From Candidatus Dormiibacterota bacterium (GTDB lineage: Bacteria > Chloroflexota > Dormibacteria > Aeolococcales > Aeolococcaceae): a stretch of DNA of 64,000 bases. A program made the position numbers and the translations under genes. The DNA lies in the NCBI GenBank assembly GCA_963718525.1, contig OY970355.1, forward strand, positions 1,920,001 to 1,984,000, given 5' to 3'. The notes under the pieces were generated by a model. That model saw only the letters and a program-made list of their open reading frames with translations, did not search any database and had not been told where the DNA came from. This document shows positions 23,298-33,065 of the stretch, piece by piece; position 1 is the first letter of the stretch; every line of letters starts with the position of its first letter.

Positions 23298-24242
23298 TCA
23301 GCGAACCTGTTCGCGAAAGCTCTCGAGTGTCCGCGTCAGGCCCTCGTCGAGGCTGACGGTGGGGCTCCATCCCAGGCGCTCGGCGGCGAGCGAGTTGTCC
23401 AGTGCGCTGCGAGTCACCTCGCCAGGTGGGAGGGGCTCGCGCTCGGGTTGGCCGGGATAGCCCGCGAGCGTGCAGAGGCGGCCGACGAGATCGCCGATCG
23501 CCGTCTCGCGCCCGGTGCCGATGTTGATCGCACCGGTGACCTTCGAGGTCAGGCCGAGCACGTTCGCAGCCACGATATCGCCGACGTAGATGAAGTCACG
23601 TGTCTGGGTTCCATCGCCCCGAATCACCGGCCCCTTGCCGTCGAGCACCCTGTGGCTGGAGATCGCCACCACACCGGCTTCGCCGGTGCCGTCCTGCCCC
23701 GGACCGTAGACATTGCCGTAACGGAGCGCCAGCGCGTCGATCGCGCCGGCGCGCGTGAAGTGACCAAGGTAGTACTCGATGCTGAGCTTCGCCGTGCCGT
23801 AGGGTGAACGCGGCAGCGCCGGCTCGTCCTCCGGGGTCGGCAGGCGACGTGATGCGCCGTACAGAGCTCCGCCCGACGATGCGACGACGACCCGCCGGCA
23901 TCCGGACGCCATCGCGGCCGCGAGCACGCTCACGGTGCCGAGCACGTTGATGTGTGCATCGGCCGCGGGTTCGCGCCAGGACCTGTTGACGCCGCCCTGC
24001 GCCGCGAGATGGAGGATCGCCGCCGGCTGCCACGCTTGGATGGCAGCGCGTGCCTCCGGCTCGGCGACGTCCACGGGCTCGAGCATTGCGGCGGCGGGCA
24101 ACGGCCGGTACGAGGCATGGCGCAGGTCGTCGATGACCAGCACATCCGCACCGGCGCCGAGCAACGCTTCGACACTGTGAACGCCGATAAAACCGGCGCC
24201 GCCGGTGACGACGAGGCGCTGGCCGGACATCTCCAATGCCAT
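23298..24242 (-). CDS. NAD-dependent epimerase/dehydratase (UDP-glucose 4-epimerase-like)
   Basis: VTGGAGFIG, HLAAQ, SSGGALYG, YGTAK, RYGNVYGP, RDFIYV. Confidence 0.9.
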   Translation of the reverse strand: MALEMSGQRLVVTGGAGFIGVHSVEALLGAGADVLVIDDLRHASYRPLPAAAMLEPVDVAEPEARAAIQAWQPAAILHLAAQGGVNRSWREPAADAHINVLGTVSVLAAAMASGCRRVVVASSGGALYGASRRLPTPEDEPALPRSPYGTAKLSIEYYLGHFTRAGAIDALALRYGNVYGPGQDGTGEAGVVAISSHRVLDGKGPVIRGDGTQTRDFIYVGDIVAANVLGLTSKVTGAINIGTGRETAIGDLVGRLCTLAGYPGQPEREPLPPGEVTRSALDNSLAAERLGWSPTVSLDEGLTRTLESFREQVR

Positions 24243-25225
24243 CAGTTCCTGCTCATCAGTGCGCGCAGGAAGAGCGCCGTGTTGGCGGGCCGCTCGGCCA
24301 TGCGGCGCATGAGATAGCCGTACCACTGCACGCCGAAAGGCACGTAGACCCGCACCGTCTCACCCGCCGCACTCAGGCGATGCTGCTCATCGGGTCGAAT
24401 CCCGTACAGCATCTGATACTCATGGCTGAATCCGGATCCGCCGAGATCGCTGACGAGGCGGCCGGTCGCCTCGACAAGCTTCGGATCGTGCGTGGCCGCC
24501 ATCGGGAGCGCGCCACCGGTGATCAGCGCGCGGAGGCAGCGAAGGTACGCGCTGCGGATGTCGTCGGGGCGCTGCCACGCGATGGACGGCGGCTCCAGGT
24601 ACGCGCCCTTGCACAGCCGGATACGCGACCCGGGCACTCCCAGCGCGCGACAGTCGTCCTCGGTGCGGTGGAGCGATGCCTGGAGGACCGCCCCGGTCGA
24701 CGGGAAGTCCCTGCGCAGCAGGCCGACGATGCACAGCGTGGAGTCGGTGGTGGTGTGGTCCTCCATGTCGATCGTCACCGAGGACCCGGCGGAGCGCGCC
24801 GCCTCGCAGATGACCCGCGCATTGTCGAGGGCCATGAACTCGTCGAGTGCCTGGCCGACTGCGGACAGCTTTACCGACATCTCCGCACGGGCCGCGAGTC
24901 CCTCGTCAGATAGACGGCCGGCGAGCGAGCAATACGCCTCGACTGCGGCGCGGGCCGTCGCAGCGTCCAGCGTGTCCTCACCGAGATGATCGAGGGAGAC
25001 GTGCAGCCTTTCGCTGGTCAGCGCCCTGGTGACCCGGAGAGCGTCGTCGATGGTCTCGCCGGCGACGAAGCGGCGGACGACGTCACGCGTCAGCGGGGCT
25101 GAGGTCACGACGCGCTTGATCTGGGGACGCCGGGATGCCCAGAGGAGCACATGCCGGAGTGCGGCAGACGGACTCGCGCCGGAGGTTGTGAAGGGCGATT
25201 GCGAACCCCAGGCCTGGCTGGTCAC
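24242..25225 (-). CDS. Monofunctional proline dehydrogenase
   Basis: RRFVAGET, SLDHLGE, SVKLS, IDMED, RLCKGAY, ATHD, QMLYG, RRMAERPAN; start approximate. Confidence 0.92.
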   Translation of the reverse strand: MTSQAWGSQSPFTTSGASPSAALRHVLLWASRRPQIKRVVTSAPLTRDVVRRFVAGETIDDALRVTRALTSERLHVSLDHLGEDTLDAATARAAVEAYCSLAGRLSDEGLAARAEMSVKLSAVGQALDEFMALDNARVICEAARSAGSSVTIDMEDHTTTDSTLCIVGLLRRDFPSTGAVLQASLHRTEDDCRALGVPGSRIRLCKGAYLEPPSIAWQRPDDIRSAYLRCLRALITGGALPMAATHDPKLVEATGRLVSDLGGSGFSHEYQMLYGIRPDEQHRLSAAGETVRVYVPFGVQWYGYLMRRMAERPANTALFLRALMSRN

Positions 25226-25260
25226 CGCGCGGATTATGTCCTCGCCCCCTGGTGGTCTGG

Positions 25261-26022
25261 TCAGGACGCCCACCGCGGCGGCCGGCGTTCGAGGAATGCC
25301 GTCATCCCCTCGTGAGCCTCGTCAGAGGCGAAGAGGCGTGCGGACAGTGCCACCATGTCGTCCCCGTACCGCTCGATGGCCTCCCGGACACCGCGGTTCA
25401 CGATGCGCTTCGACTCGACCAGCCCCTGCGGCGAACATCGGCGAATTTCGGCGGTGAGGCTCGCGACGGCGCCGTCGATTGCGTCGGTCGCGAGGGTGAT
25501 CAGGCCGATGCGCTGTGCTTCCGCGGCATCGAAGGTCTCGCCGGTGAGGAAGTAGCGGGCCGCAGAACGTTCGTCCAGCCGGGGGAGCACCGCCACGGAG
25601 ATGACCGCGGCCGCGAGTCCGAGCCGAGCCTCGGTGATCGCGAAGGTGCTCCGCGGGCCTGCGATGGCGATGTCACATGCCCCGATGAGCCCGATGCCGC
25701 CGGCCCGCACATTACCGTCGATCTTGGCAATAACCGGCTGGCGGACGTCGACGATCAGGCGAATCAGCGCGAGGAGTGCGCTTGCGGTACCGGTCATGGG
25801 GCCTGTCGAAGCCTCGGAAAGGTCCGCGCCCGCGCTGAACGTCGTGCCCGTGTGCGTCAGGACGACGGCGCGGACCGCGCCGTCCTCGCTCGCCGCCCGG
25901 AGCCGATCGGTGAGCTCGGCGACGAGCTGCCGCGACAGCGCGTTGCGGTTGTGTGGCGAATCGAGCGTGACGGTGGCGATGCCCCCGTCCACGCCGAGGT
26001 GGATCAGCTCGGTGTCGGTCAT
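25261..26022 (-). CDS. Enoyl-CoA hydratase/isomerase family protein
   Basis: RNALS, FSAGADL, AGGIGL, TEARLG, EGMTAFLERRPP. Confidence 0.9.
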   Translation of the reverse strand: MTDTELIHLGVDGGIATVTLDSPHNRNALSRQLVAELTDRLRAASEDGAVRAVVLTHTGTTFSAGADLSEASTGPMTGTASALLALIRLIVDVRQPVIAKIDGNVRAGGIGLIGACDIAIAGPRSTFAITEARLGLAAAVISVAVLPRLDERSAARYFLTGETFDAAEAQRIGLITLATDAIDGAVASLTAEIRRCSPQGLVESKRIVNRGVREAIERYGDDMVALSARLFASDEAHEGMTAFLERRPPRWAS

Positions 26023-27191
26023 GTGCGTTGCGCCTCCAGGCGTTTGAGGAACTCGTCGAAGAGGGGGACCGTGAATGCGGTGTCCCCGTGCGCGGGACTG
26101 TAGATGATGCCCTTGGCGATGAGTGCCGAACGTCGTGGCGCGACCAACTCGACGCGCACCCCGAGCGCTGCGGCGATGTCGCCGGAGCGCTGCGGTCCCG
26201 GGCCTAGGGACGCCATGGCAACCAGGTACTCCCGCTCTCGGGGCGTGAGCCGGTCGAGACGAACCAGGAAAAAGTTCTGGTCAAGCTGGTCTTGAACTCG
26301 CGGGGCGGCGCGATCGACGTCATCGACGTTGATGGGGCTCTGCGGTGCGATGTTCCAGACGTGGTATCCCCACTCCTGCAGGAAGTACGGGTACCCGTGG
26401 GCGCGCTCGACCATGATGTCGAGAGCTTCGCGGTCAATCGCGGCGCCGCTCTCCTCCGCAGGTGCGGCGAGGGCGGTGCGAGCATCGTCGTCACCGAGCG
26501 AACCGATTTCGGGAAAGTCGAACAGCCGCTCGGCATACGACTTCGCCTCGCCCGCCAGGGCGCGCAGCTGCGGAAGGCCGGCGCCCGTGAGGATCACCGG
26601 AAGGTTGAGCTGATTGGTCCGGTGGATGGCGACGATCAGCGCCGAGAGCTCCTCGGGCCTCACGTACTGCAGCTCATCGACGGCGAGCACGATGCCGGTG
26701 CCCCGGTCGCGCGCCGCCTCGCCGCACGCGACCAGGAGGTCGGTGACGTCATCGGCGAGGTTCCCGGAGTCCGCCACCCCCTTGAGCGCCTCGACGTCGA
26801 TGGAGACGCGCGTGCCGTCAGGAAGCTGCAGCGTGAAGGCCTTCAGGACGCGAAGCGCACGGGTGACGGCTGTCGAGACGACGTTGCTGCTCAGCGGGAT
26901 GAGAATCCGGCGCAGGCGAGCCGCGAGGAGCGAGGGGAAATGGCCGTGCTCTGGCGCCTCGATCAGCCCGACCCGGAATCCTTCCTGATCGGCGATCTCG
27001 ACAAACCGGTTCAGCAGGACGGTCTTGCCGGCTCCGCGCAATCCGATCATCAGGAGGCTCTTGCCGGGTCGCCCCGCGGCTGCACGGCGGAAAGCGACCC
27101 CGAATCGATTGATGAGCTCGTCCCGGCCGGTCAGCGCGGGAGGGGGAGTACCCGCTCCTGGACGGTACGGATTAGCAAGTTCATCCACCAA
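26019..27191 (-). CDS. AAA+ ATPase with C-terminal winged helix
   Basis: NPYRPGAG...LTGRD, Walker A GLRGAGKT, Walker B LAVDELQ, GYPYFLQ, C-terminal HTH-like SGDIAAALG. Confidence 0.85.
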   Translation of the reverse strand: MVDELANPYRPGAGTPPPALTGRDELINRFGVAFRRAAAGRPGKSLLMIGLRGAGKTVLLNRFVEIADQEGFRVGLIEAPEHGHFPSLLAARLRRILIPLSSNVVSTAVTRALRVLKAFTLQLPDGTRVSIDVEALKGVADSGNLADDVTDLLVACGEAARDRGTGIVLAVDELQYVRPEELSALIVAIHRTNQLNLPVILTGAGLPQLRALAGEAKSYAERLFDFPEIGSLGDDDARTALAAPAEESGAAIDREALDIMVERAHGYPYFLQEWGYHVWNIAPQSPINVDDVDRAAPRVQDQLDQNFFLVRLDRLTPREREYLVAMASLGPGPQRSGDIAAALGVRVELVAPRRSALIAKGIIYSPAHGDTAFTVPLFDEFLKRLEAQRT

Positions 27192-27201
27192 CTCAACGAA
27201 T

Positions 27202-27250
27202 CTTATGTGAATAGACTGGTCTTATGGAACTTACGTGAGTTAGCCAGTTC
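27202..27250. repeat. AT-rich imperfect direct repeat upstream of the AAA-wHTH gene
   Basis: cttatgtgaatagactggtc (27202-27221) vs cttacgtgagttagccagttc (27230-27250). Confidence 0.45.
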
Positions 27251-27401
27251 GTAGCAAAGGTCGCGAAAGCTCGGCCCAAATGACCTATGCGACGACCACT
27301 GCCGGCGTCTGACCATGGTGCCGAACGCCATCGAAGCCGAGGATTGCCAGGGCGATCCACCGTGAGGGTTCGCCGAGCACGCGGCGGGGCGCGACGCCGA
27401 A

Positions 27402-28529
27402 CTAGTAGATGAAGGCCTCGACGTCGTAGAGCGACCCGATGTGGCGCTGATCGACGACCCCCAGACCGAGCATGTTCGCCTCATCGACGGTGAAGCTCGA
27501 CGATCCCTGCACGGCGACAACGTATGCCACATGGCCGAACTGGCTGTAGCCGTTGCCCGGTCCGAACACCACAAGACTGCCGACCCGCGGTGTCCTGCCC
27601 TCGGGTCGCCCGGCGAGCCGTGCGGTGTACGCCCATTCCCACGCGTTCCCACTCCAGTAGACATTGCGCAACGACGCCACGTACCAGGTGCACTGTCCCC
27701 ACGGATAGTCGTCGAGACGTGGACCGAAGGCGAACGGCCGCAACGCATTCCCGAGCACGTGCGCGGCCCCGGCGCCCGCTGCTGCAGCTGCCGCAGCGGC
27801 CGCGGCCTCCTGTTCGCGACGCACCTCGACGATCTTCGACCGCACGCCCTGGAGTTCCGCCAGCAGCGTGGCCGCCTTGCCCTTCAGCGACGACGCCTGC
27901 TGTCGATAGGTCAGCTCCTCGCTCGTCTGCTGCGCGGCGAGGGTCTGGAGATTGGCGACCAGCGCGTTCGCATGCTGCTGGTCCCGTTGTTGTTGGGTCT
28001 GCAGCCTGTCGAGCTGGTCTCGCTTTCCCTGGATCTGCGTCACCAACTGCCGCACGCGCGTGCTCACCTGATCGGCGCTCGTGAGCGCATCCATCGCGTC
28101 GATGAAGCTCTTGCTGTCCACGAGAATCGCGGTGACCGATCCGTCGTCGGTCAGTTCGTACACATGCTTGAGAATCTGGGCGAGATCGGCCTGGTCGGCT
28201 GTGTATTGACTGTGGACGATCTGCAGTTGCGCACTCGTGTTCGCGAGATTCTTGTTCGCCTGATCGAGCTCCAGCTGCGCCTGCCCAAGTTGCGCCTGCG
28301 TGTTCGCGATGGCCTGCGCGGATGCGAGCGCATTCCCGAGCGCGGCCGAACTCGCAGTGCTCAGCGATGCGATTGCATGGCTCAGCGCACTCGCCTGGGC
28401 CGAGAGCGACTGGATCTGCTGGGTGAACTGATCAGCTAGGACGTTACCCTGACTGAACGGCGAGCCGGCCACCAGCAGTGCGATCGCGCCGGCCGAGGCG
28501 ACGAGGGACACGCGGCGAGCGAGCAACAA
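27402..28529 (-). CDS. Secreted coiled-coil CHAP-domain peptidoglycan hydrolase (PcsB/CwlO-like)
   Basis: Signal peptide, long Q/A/L coiled coil, C-terminal YPWGQCTWYV...GNAWEW...GHVAYV...EAN. Confidence 0.88.
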   Translation of the reverse strand: MLLARRVSLVASAGAIALLVAGSPFSQGNVLADQFTQQIQSLSAQASALSHAIASLSTASSAALGNALASAQAIANTQAQLGQAQLELDQANKNLANTSAQLQIVHSQYTADQADLAQILKHVYELTDDGSVTAILVDSKSFIDAMDALTSADQVSTRVRQLVTQIQGKRDQLDRLQTQQQRDQQHANALVANLQTLAAQQTSEELTYRQQASSLKGKAATLLAELQGVRSKIVEVRREQEAAAAAAAAAAGAGAAHVLGNALRPFAFGPRLDDYPWGQCTWYVASLRNVYWSGNAWEWAYTARLAGRPEGRTPRVGSLVVFGPGNGYSQFGHVAYVVAVQGSSSFTVDEANMLGLGVVDQRHIGSLYDVEAFIY

Positions 28530-28573
28530 CGGCCTCCGTGAGCTGGACGCGAACTGGATCGAAACGGTCCCCG

Positions 28574-28602
28574 ACCGTAACAGGCATCCTCCGAACGGTC
28601 AA
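28574..28602 (-). promoter_or_regulatory. Putative sigma70-type promoter of the CHAP gene
   Basis: Minus strand TTGACC-N17-TACGGT with TGn extension. Confidence 0.5.
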
Positions 28603-28707
28603 CCCCATTGCGACGCTTTTGTCGATTGCACGCGCCCAACATCGCAACCACCGGACACTTCAGACGTTCCAGTCGCGTCGCGACAGCGCGATACACTGAT
28701 GATTCGC

Positions 28708-28923
28708 ATGGACATCGCAGGGCATCTCCCCGAGCTGATCATCGTTTTCGTGGTAGTCCTGATCATCTGGGGACCCGGGAAGCTTCCCGACCTGGGCGCT
28801 GCGCTTGGACGCGGCATCCGCGAGTTCCGGAAAGCTTCGGCCGAAACCCGTGACGCGGTGCGTCGCGCGACGGACACCCCGGATGACCCGGGCCCGGGAC
28901 CACCGGACTCCCAGGCGGGCTGA
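28708..28923 (+). CDS. tatA: Twin-arginine translocase TatA/TatE subunit
   Basis: ELIIVFVVVLIIWGPGKLPDLGAALGRGIREFRKA. Confidence 0.92.
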   Translation: MDIAGHLPELIIVFVVVLIIWGPGKLPDLGAALGRGIREFRKASAETRDAVRRATDTPDDPGPGPPDSQAG

Positions 28924-28934
28924 GGAACCCCGCG

Positions 28935-29321
28935 TCAGTTGGGCGCAGCGGCCTCCACGGCGCCGAAGGCCTCCTCGCGGCTTCGGTAGTCATCGATGCG
29001 CACGATCCGGCCGTCGCGGACCTTGAACACCATGAAGATCTCCCCGTTCAGAAACGGGATCTCGCGAAATCGTGGCCCCGCGATGCCGACCACGACGCTC
29101 TCGCCGGCCGCGTTGAGCTCGAGGTGCTCGATGCCGGTATCGCCGCCGTCGAGGGAGGCGCGCATGCGGTCAACAACCGCGCCCCGTCCGTTGCACAGGA
29201 GCTCGGGCAGAACCCCCTGGTGGACCACGTCGGGATCGAGGCTGGCGGCGACGGCGTCGACGTCTCTGCGGCGCCTGGCGTGGAAGTGGTCGAAGACCGT
29301 CGTCATCGCTGCGTCGGTCAT
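28935..29321 (-). CDS. NTF2/SnoaL-like protein
   Basis: DVDAVAASLDPDVV...GRGAV...FKVRDGRIVRIDDY; AAGGAG RBS. Confidence 0.8.
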   Translation of the reverse strand: MTDAAMTTVFDHFHARRRRDVDAVAASLDPDVVHQGVLPELLCNGRGAVVDRMRASLDGGDTGIEHLELNAAGESVVVGIAGPRFREIPFLNGEIFMVFKVRDGRIVRIDDYRSREEAFGAVEAAAPN

Positions 29322-29428
29322 CTCGATCTCCTTCATCACCGGCTGCGGCTTTCCCGGTCGACTAGTATCGAGCCCAGGCGTGCCAATGAAAGCGAACAGA
29401 AAGGCCCGACCGTGCACCATGGTGACTG

Positions 29429-30391
29429 ATGAACGATGACCGCTGGGCATTTCCACCCCAGCCGCCGGCATGGCCGCCCGCACCTTCGACGGCGCCACCG
29501 CGGCGCAACTCGCGAACGCTTGCAGCCGTGGCCCTGTTCGCGACCACCGGGCTCGTCGCCGCAGCGATTGGCGTCGGTGGCGTGCTCCTGGTGCGCCATC
29601 TCCAGGGCACTTCGTCGGCCACGAACGGACCGACGGCCGCTCCCGGGTCCAGTGCTGGAGCCGCCCAGGCCAGGGCGCTCTACGCTCAAGCGATCGCCGC
29701 AACTCGAGCCACGGCGGGTTTCCACTACGTGGCCGTCTCCAGCGGAGGCTCTTCCCAGACCATCGTGGGGGACGCCGGCCAGTCGGGCGGACGTCAGACC
29801 ATCACCTTGGCCTCGAGCTACGGCACGGAGCAGTTCACCCTGCTGCTGGTCAACGGCACTGTCTACTTCCAGGGCAACACGCCGGCTGTCGAGGACCAGC
29901 TCGGAGTGTCGGCGGCGACAGCCCCGAACTTTGCGAACAAGGTGATCTCGGTCGTGCAGGGCGACGGTCCATACACGGTGCTCCAGCCAGGGATCACCAC
30001 CTCGAGCCAGGCCGGCGAAATGGCCTTGACGCCACAGTCGAGCGCCAGGGTGACGGCCCCGGGGGGCGTCGCCGCCACGCGGATCTCTGGAATCGTCCCG
30101 CCAATCAATGGGCTTCCGGCGGGAACGGGATCACTTGACATCGCCCCGAGCTCTGACTTGCCGATCACCTACACGTCGAGGGTGGCCGCAAATACGGCGT
30201 CCGGGAGTGTTGTGTTGACGTTCACCACGAACTTCAGCGCCTGGGGGACTGCCCCTTCGGTCACTGCACCGAGCGGAGCAACCGCGTGGTCAACTCTGAC
30301 CACGGCGCAACCTCCGGGCGGGTATGGTTCCGGCGCGACGCCGGCTGCCGCGCCGACGGCGTCGCCCAGCGCAACGCCCGGCGCGATCTAA
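29429..30391 (+). CDS. Membrane-anchored extracellular protein (LppX/LprA-like beta fold possible)
   Basis: Pro-rich N-terminus, one TM helix, Ser/Thr/Gly-rich ectodomain ending FSAWGTAPSVTAP. Confidence 0.55.
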   Translation: MNDDRWAFPPQPPAWPPAPSTAPPRRNSRTLAAVALFATTGLVAAAIGVGGVLLVRHLQGTSSATNGPTAAPGSSAGAAQARALYAQAIAATRATAGFHYVAVSSGGSSQTIVGDAGQSGGRQTITLASSYGTEQFTLLLVNGTVYFQGNTPAVEDQLGVSAATAPNFANKVISVVQGDGPYTVLQPGITTSSQAGEMALTPQSSARVTAPGGVAATRISGIVPPINGLPAGTGSLDIAPSSDLPITYTSRVAANTASGSVVLTFTTNFSAWGTAPSVTAPSGATAWSTLTTAQPPGGYGSGATPAAAPTASPSATPGAI

Positions 30392-30415
30392 CCGGCGTCC
30401 GTCACGCCGCGAGAC

Positions 30416-30616
30416 TCACTGCACGAAGCGTTCGGCGATGAGGTCCTCGAGGACTGCGCGACCGATCTCGGCGGCGTCCTTATCCTTGACGGCGTGGGGA
30501 TCGAGGTCGGGGAAGAAGTGCGCGACCTCGGCCGGATCCTCATTGATCAGCCAGCGGATGAATGCGTGACCGAACTCGGCCGCCTGCAAATCGGTCAGCT
30601 CCTCGATCTTTGCCAT
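30416..30616 (-). CDS. Small acidic hypothetical protein (66 aa)
   Basis: AGGAG RBS, MAKIEELTDLQAAEFGH...; GC-rich third codon positions. Confidence 0.6.
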   Translation of the reverse strand: MAKIEELTDLQAAEFGHAFIRWLINEDPAEVAHFFPDLDPHAVKDKDAAEIGRAVLEDLIAERFVQ

Positions 30617-30999
30617 CTGCGCTCTCCTCGCTCGATGCTCGCTGCGACCAATCTGGCCTGTCGCGGGATTATGCCGCGTTCGTACCGGACTGGATGGAGA
30701 AGGTATGGCCGCCAGGAGCAGGAGGGGGAGAGACGCTCCAGCGGCGGCCATACCTGTCAGGTCGTGGAGCTCGCGCGCGGCTCCGTCGGGCTCGAGGACT
30801 CTGCCAGGCAGATCGACGTCATGCGAGAGTGGGGGAACGCACTCCGCCATGTCCTCGAGACATCGAGCTTGGAACGCGCTCACCACGGTGTCGGTCCGCG
30901 ACCGCACACAACCGGGGTTCGGCGGCGGCTTGCTCGAATCACCGAAGAACGGGCCGCGCCCGACTGCATGAATCCATCGCGCGAGCGCAGAGTGGAAGC

Positions 31000-31893
31000 A
31001 TGGGCGCCAGGAAATGGTCCGAGGTGGATCTCCCCGACATGACCGGCCGAACCGTCATCGTGACCGGGGCTTCGAGCGGCCTGGGTGCGGTGACCACTGC
31101 GGAGCTGGCGCGAGCCGGCGCGCGTGTGGTCCTTGCGGTTCGCAATGTCGCGAAAGGTGAAGAGGTCGCACGCCACGCAGAGGGCTCGACAGAGGTCCGG
31201 GAGCTGGACCTCAGCGACCTGGCGTCGATACGCGCATTCGCCGCAGCATGGAGCGGCGAGCTCGATGTCCTCATCAACAACGCCGGCATCATGATGGTGC
31301 CGCAGGGCAGGACCGCCGACGGATTCGAGCTCCAGATCGGCACCAACCACCTCGGCCACTTTGCGCTGACCAACCTGCTGCTGCCGCACGTCACCGATCG
31401 AGTGGTGACGGTCTCCTCGCAGCTCCACCGAAATGGTCGCGTCGATGTCGACGATCTCAACTGGGAGCGGCGGCCCTACAACCGGGATCGCGCGTACGCG
31501 GACTCGAAACAGGCGAACCTGCTCTTCACGCTGGAACTGCAGCGACGCCTCGAAGCCGCGGGCAGCGCTGTGCGAGCCGTGTCAGCCCATCCCGGGATCA
31601 CGAAGACGAACCTTGCGTCTCACCTCAGCGGCTTCCGTGGCATGGTCGCGCAGATCGGCATCAGCGTTGTTGCCCAGGACGCCGAGCACGGTGCTCTGCC
31701 AACTCTGTACGCCGCCACACATGACATTCCCGGCAACACATACGTCGGGCCGGATGGGATCGGCCAGGTCCGTGGAGCACCGGTGGTATCAGCGCCGTCA
31801 AAGAGCTCGCAGGATCCCGATCTCGCCGCACGTCTCTGGGCGCGCTCGGCTCAGCTCACCGGCGTCGACTTCCCGGCGCGGGTTGCTGCCTGA
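31000..31893 (+). CDS. Short-chain dehydrogenase/reductase (retinol-DH-like)
   Basis: TGASSGLG, NNAGIM, GTNHLGHF, YADSK, HPG. Confidence 0.92.
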   Translation: MGARKWSEVDLPDMTGRTVIVTGASSGLGAVTTAELARAGARVVLAVRNVAKGEEVARHAEGSTEVRELDLSDLASIRAFAAAWSGELDVLINNAGIMMVPQGRTADGFELQIGTNHLGHFALTNLLLPHVTDRVVTVSSQLHRNGRVDVDDLNWERRPYNRDRAYADSKQANLLFTLELQRRLEAAGSAVRAVSAHPGITKTNLASHLSGFRGMVAQIGISVVAQDAEHGALPTLYAATHDIPGNTYVGPDGIGQVRGAPVVSAPSKSSQDPDLAARLWARSAQLTGVDFPARVAA

Positions 31894-31965
31894 GCGCTCC
31901 TATAGTTGACCCCCGGCCGGTCAGTGCCGGCCGCAGGTGCACAACGCAACGATGAGGAGACCGAG

Positions 31966-32994
31966 GTGACACGAGCAGCGCATCTCGTGGGCAGCATGCC
32001 CGGCGACGACGCAGACGACGCGATGCGGCTTGCGGTCACCCACCTCGGGCCTAAACTCCGATCCCTGCCCGATGGGGAAACCGGTGACCGGCACAACTGG
32101 ATCATCCACATCATCGAGGGGATGCGCACCCATCCCGACCTCGAGTTGAAGAAGGACGGCGACTGGTCCGACTACGACAAGATCCCCGTCTTTCGCGTGC
32201 GTCGAGGGCACACGTTGCGGCCGGAGACTCTCGACTTCGGACACGTCACCGCATTCGAAGCGAACTGGCCTGCATTCTTGAAGGTGCGCGAGGAGCAGCA
32301 GAACCCGGCGCTGGCATTCCAGTCGGGTGTCCCCGGCGACCTTGACATGGCGCTCTTCACGCTCGGACCGCTCGGCGTGTTGCGTCATCGCTCCGCCTTC
32401 CGCCGGGCGACTCTCCGCGAGATTCGTGAGATCCACCGCCGGGGTGGGAAAGATGTCGTCTTTCAGATCGAGATCCCGGCTGAGCTCGCATTCGTCGCGC
32501 GGACGCCCGGGCCGTTGCGTCCGCTGATGGCGAAACTCCTCGGCCGCGGCGTTGCACGTCTGGCACGCCAGTCGCCGGCGGGGGCGCGGTTCGGCATTCA
32601 CCTGTGCCTGGGTGACATGAACCACCGGGCGCTGGCTTCGATGCCTGACACGGCTCCGGTGGTGCTCCTCGCCAACGCAATCGTCAAGGCGTGGCCGGCC
32701 GGACGGCCGCTGGAGTTCATCCATGCTCCCTTCGCGGCTGCGGAGAAGGAGCCTCGCACCGATCCCGCGTGGTACGCGCCGCTGCAGCGGCTCAAGCTCC
32801 CGGGGACCACGCGATTCGCCGCCGGCTTCGTCCATGAGGACCAGGACCTCGAGGTGCAGCGACAGCTCCGAAGCCTGATCGAGGGGAACGTCGGCCGTGA
32901 GGTCGATGTCTCAACCTCGTGCGGACTCGGGCGGCGCACACGTCCGGCAGCGATGGCGGCTCTCGAACGCACGGCGGCGCTGACAGGCGACTGA
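31966..32994 (+). CDS. Cobalamin-independent methionine synthase / URO-D-like TIM-barrel protein
   Basis: HLVGSMP, LPDGETG, HLCLGD, TSCGLGR putative Zn ligands. Confidence 0.65.
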   Translation: MTRAAHLVGSMPGDDADDAMRLAVTHLGPKLRSLPDGETGDRHNWIIHIIEGMRTHPDLELKKDGDWSDYDKIPVFRVRRGHTLRPETLDFGHVTAFEANWPAFLKVREEQQNPALAFQSGVPGDLDMALFTLGPLGVLRHRSAFRRATLREIREIHRRGGKDVVFQIEIPAELAFVARTPGPLRPLMAKLLGRGVARLARQSPAGARFGIHLCLGDMNHRALASMPDTAPVVLLANAIVKAWPAGRPLEFIHAPFAAAEKEPRTDPAWYAPLQRLKLPGTTRFAAGFVHEDQDLEVQRQLRSLIEGNVGREVDVSTSCGLGRRTRPAAMAALERTAALTGD

Positions 32995-33065
32995 TTCGGA
33001 GGCACAGGCCACCGAGGCCCGCAGGTTGTCGCGATCCGATCTGAAGCTCGCGTACGCTTGCGCGC

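Noticed and set aside
27740-27815. Low-complexity GCN repeats (also poly-Pro near 54110-54140)
   Set aside because: These are coding poly-Ala and poly-Pro linkers, not tandem-repeat elements or CRISPR arrays.
28530-28700. c-di-AMP riboswitch upstream of the CHAP hydrolase
   Set aside because: No recognisable ydaO conserved elements; a plain promoter explains the region.
30640-30910. Possible degraded SnoaL-like gene on the minus strand (VVSAFQARCLEDMAECV...)
   Set aside because: Similarity is too weak to support and there is no clear start or RBS.
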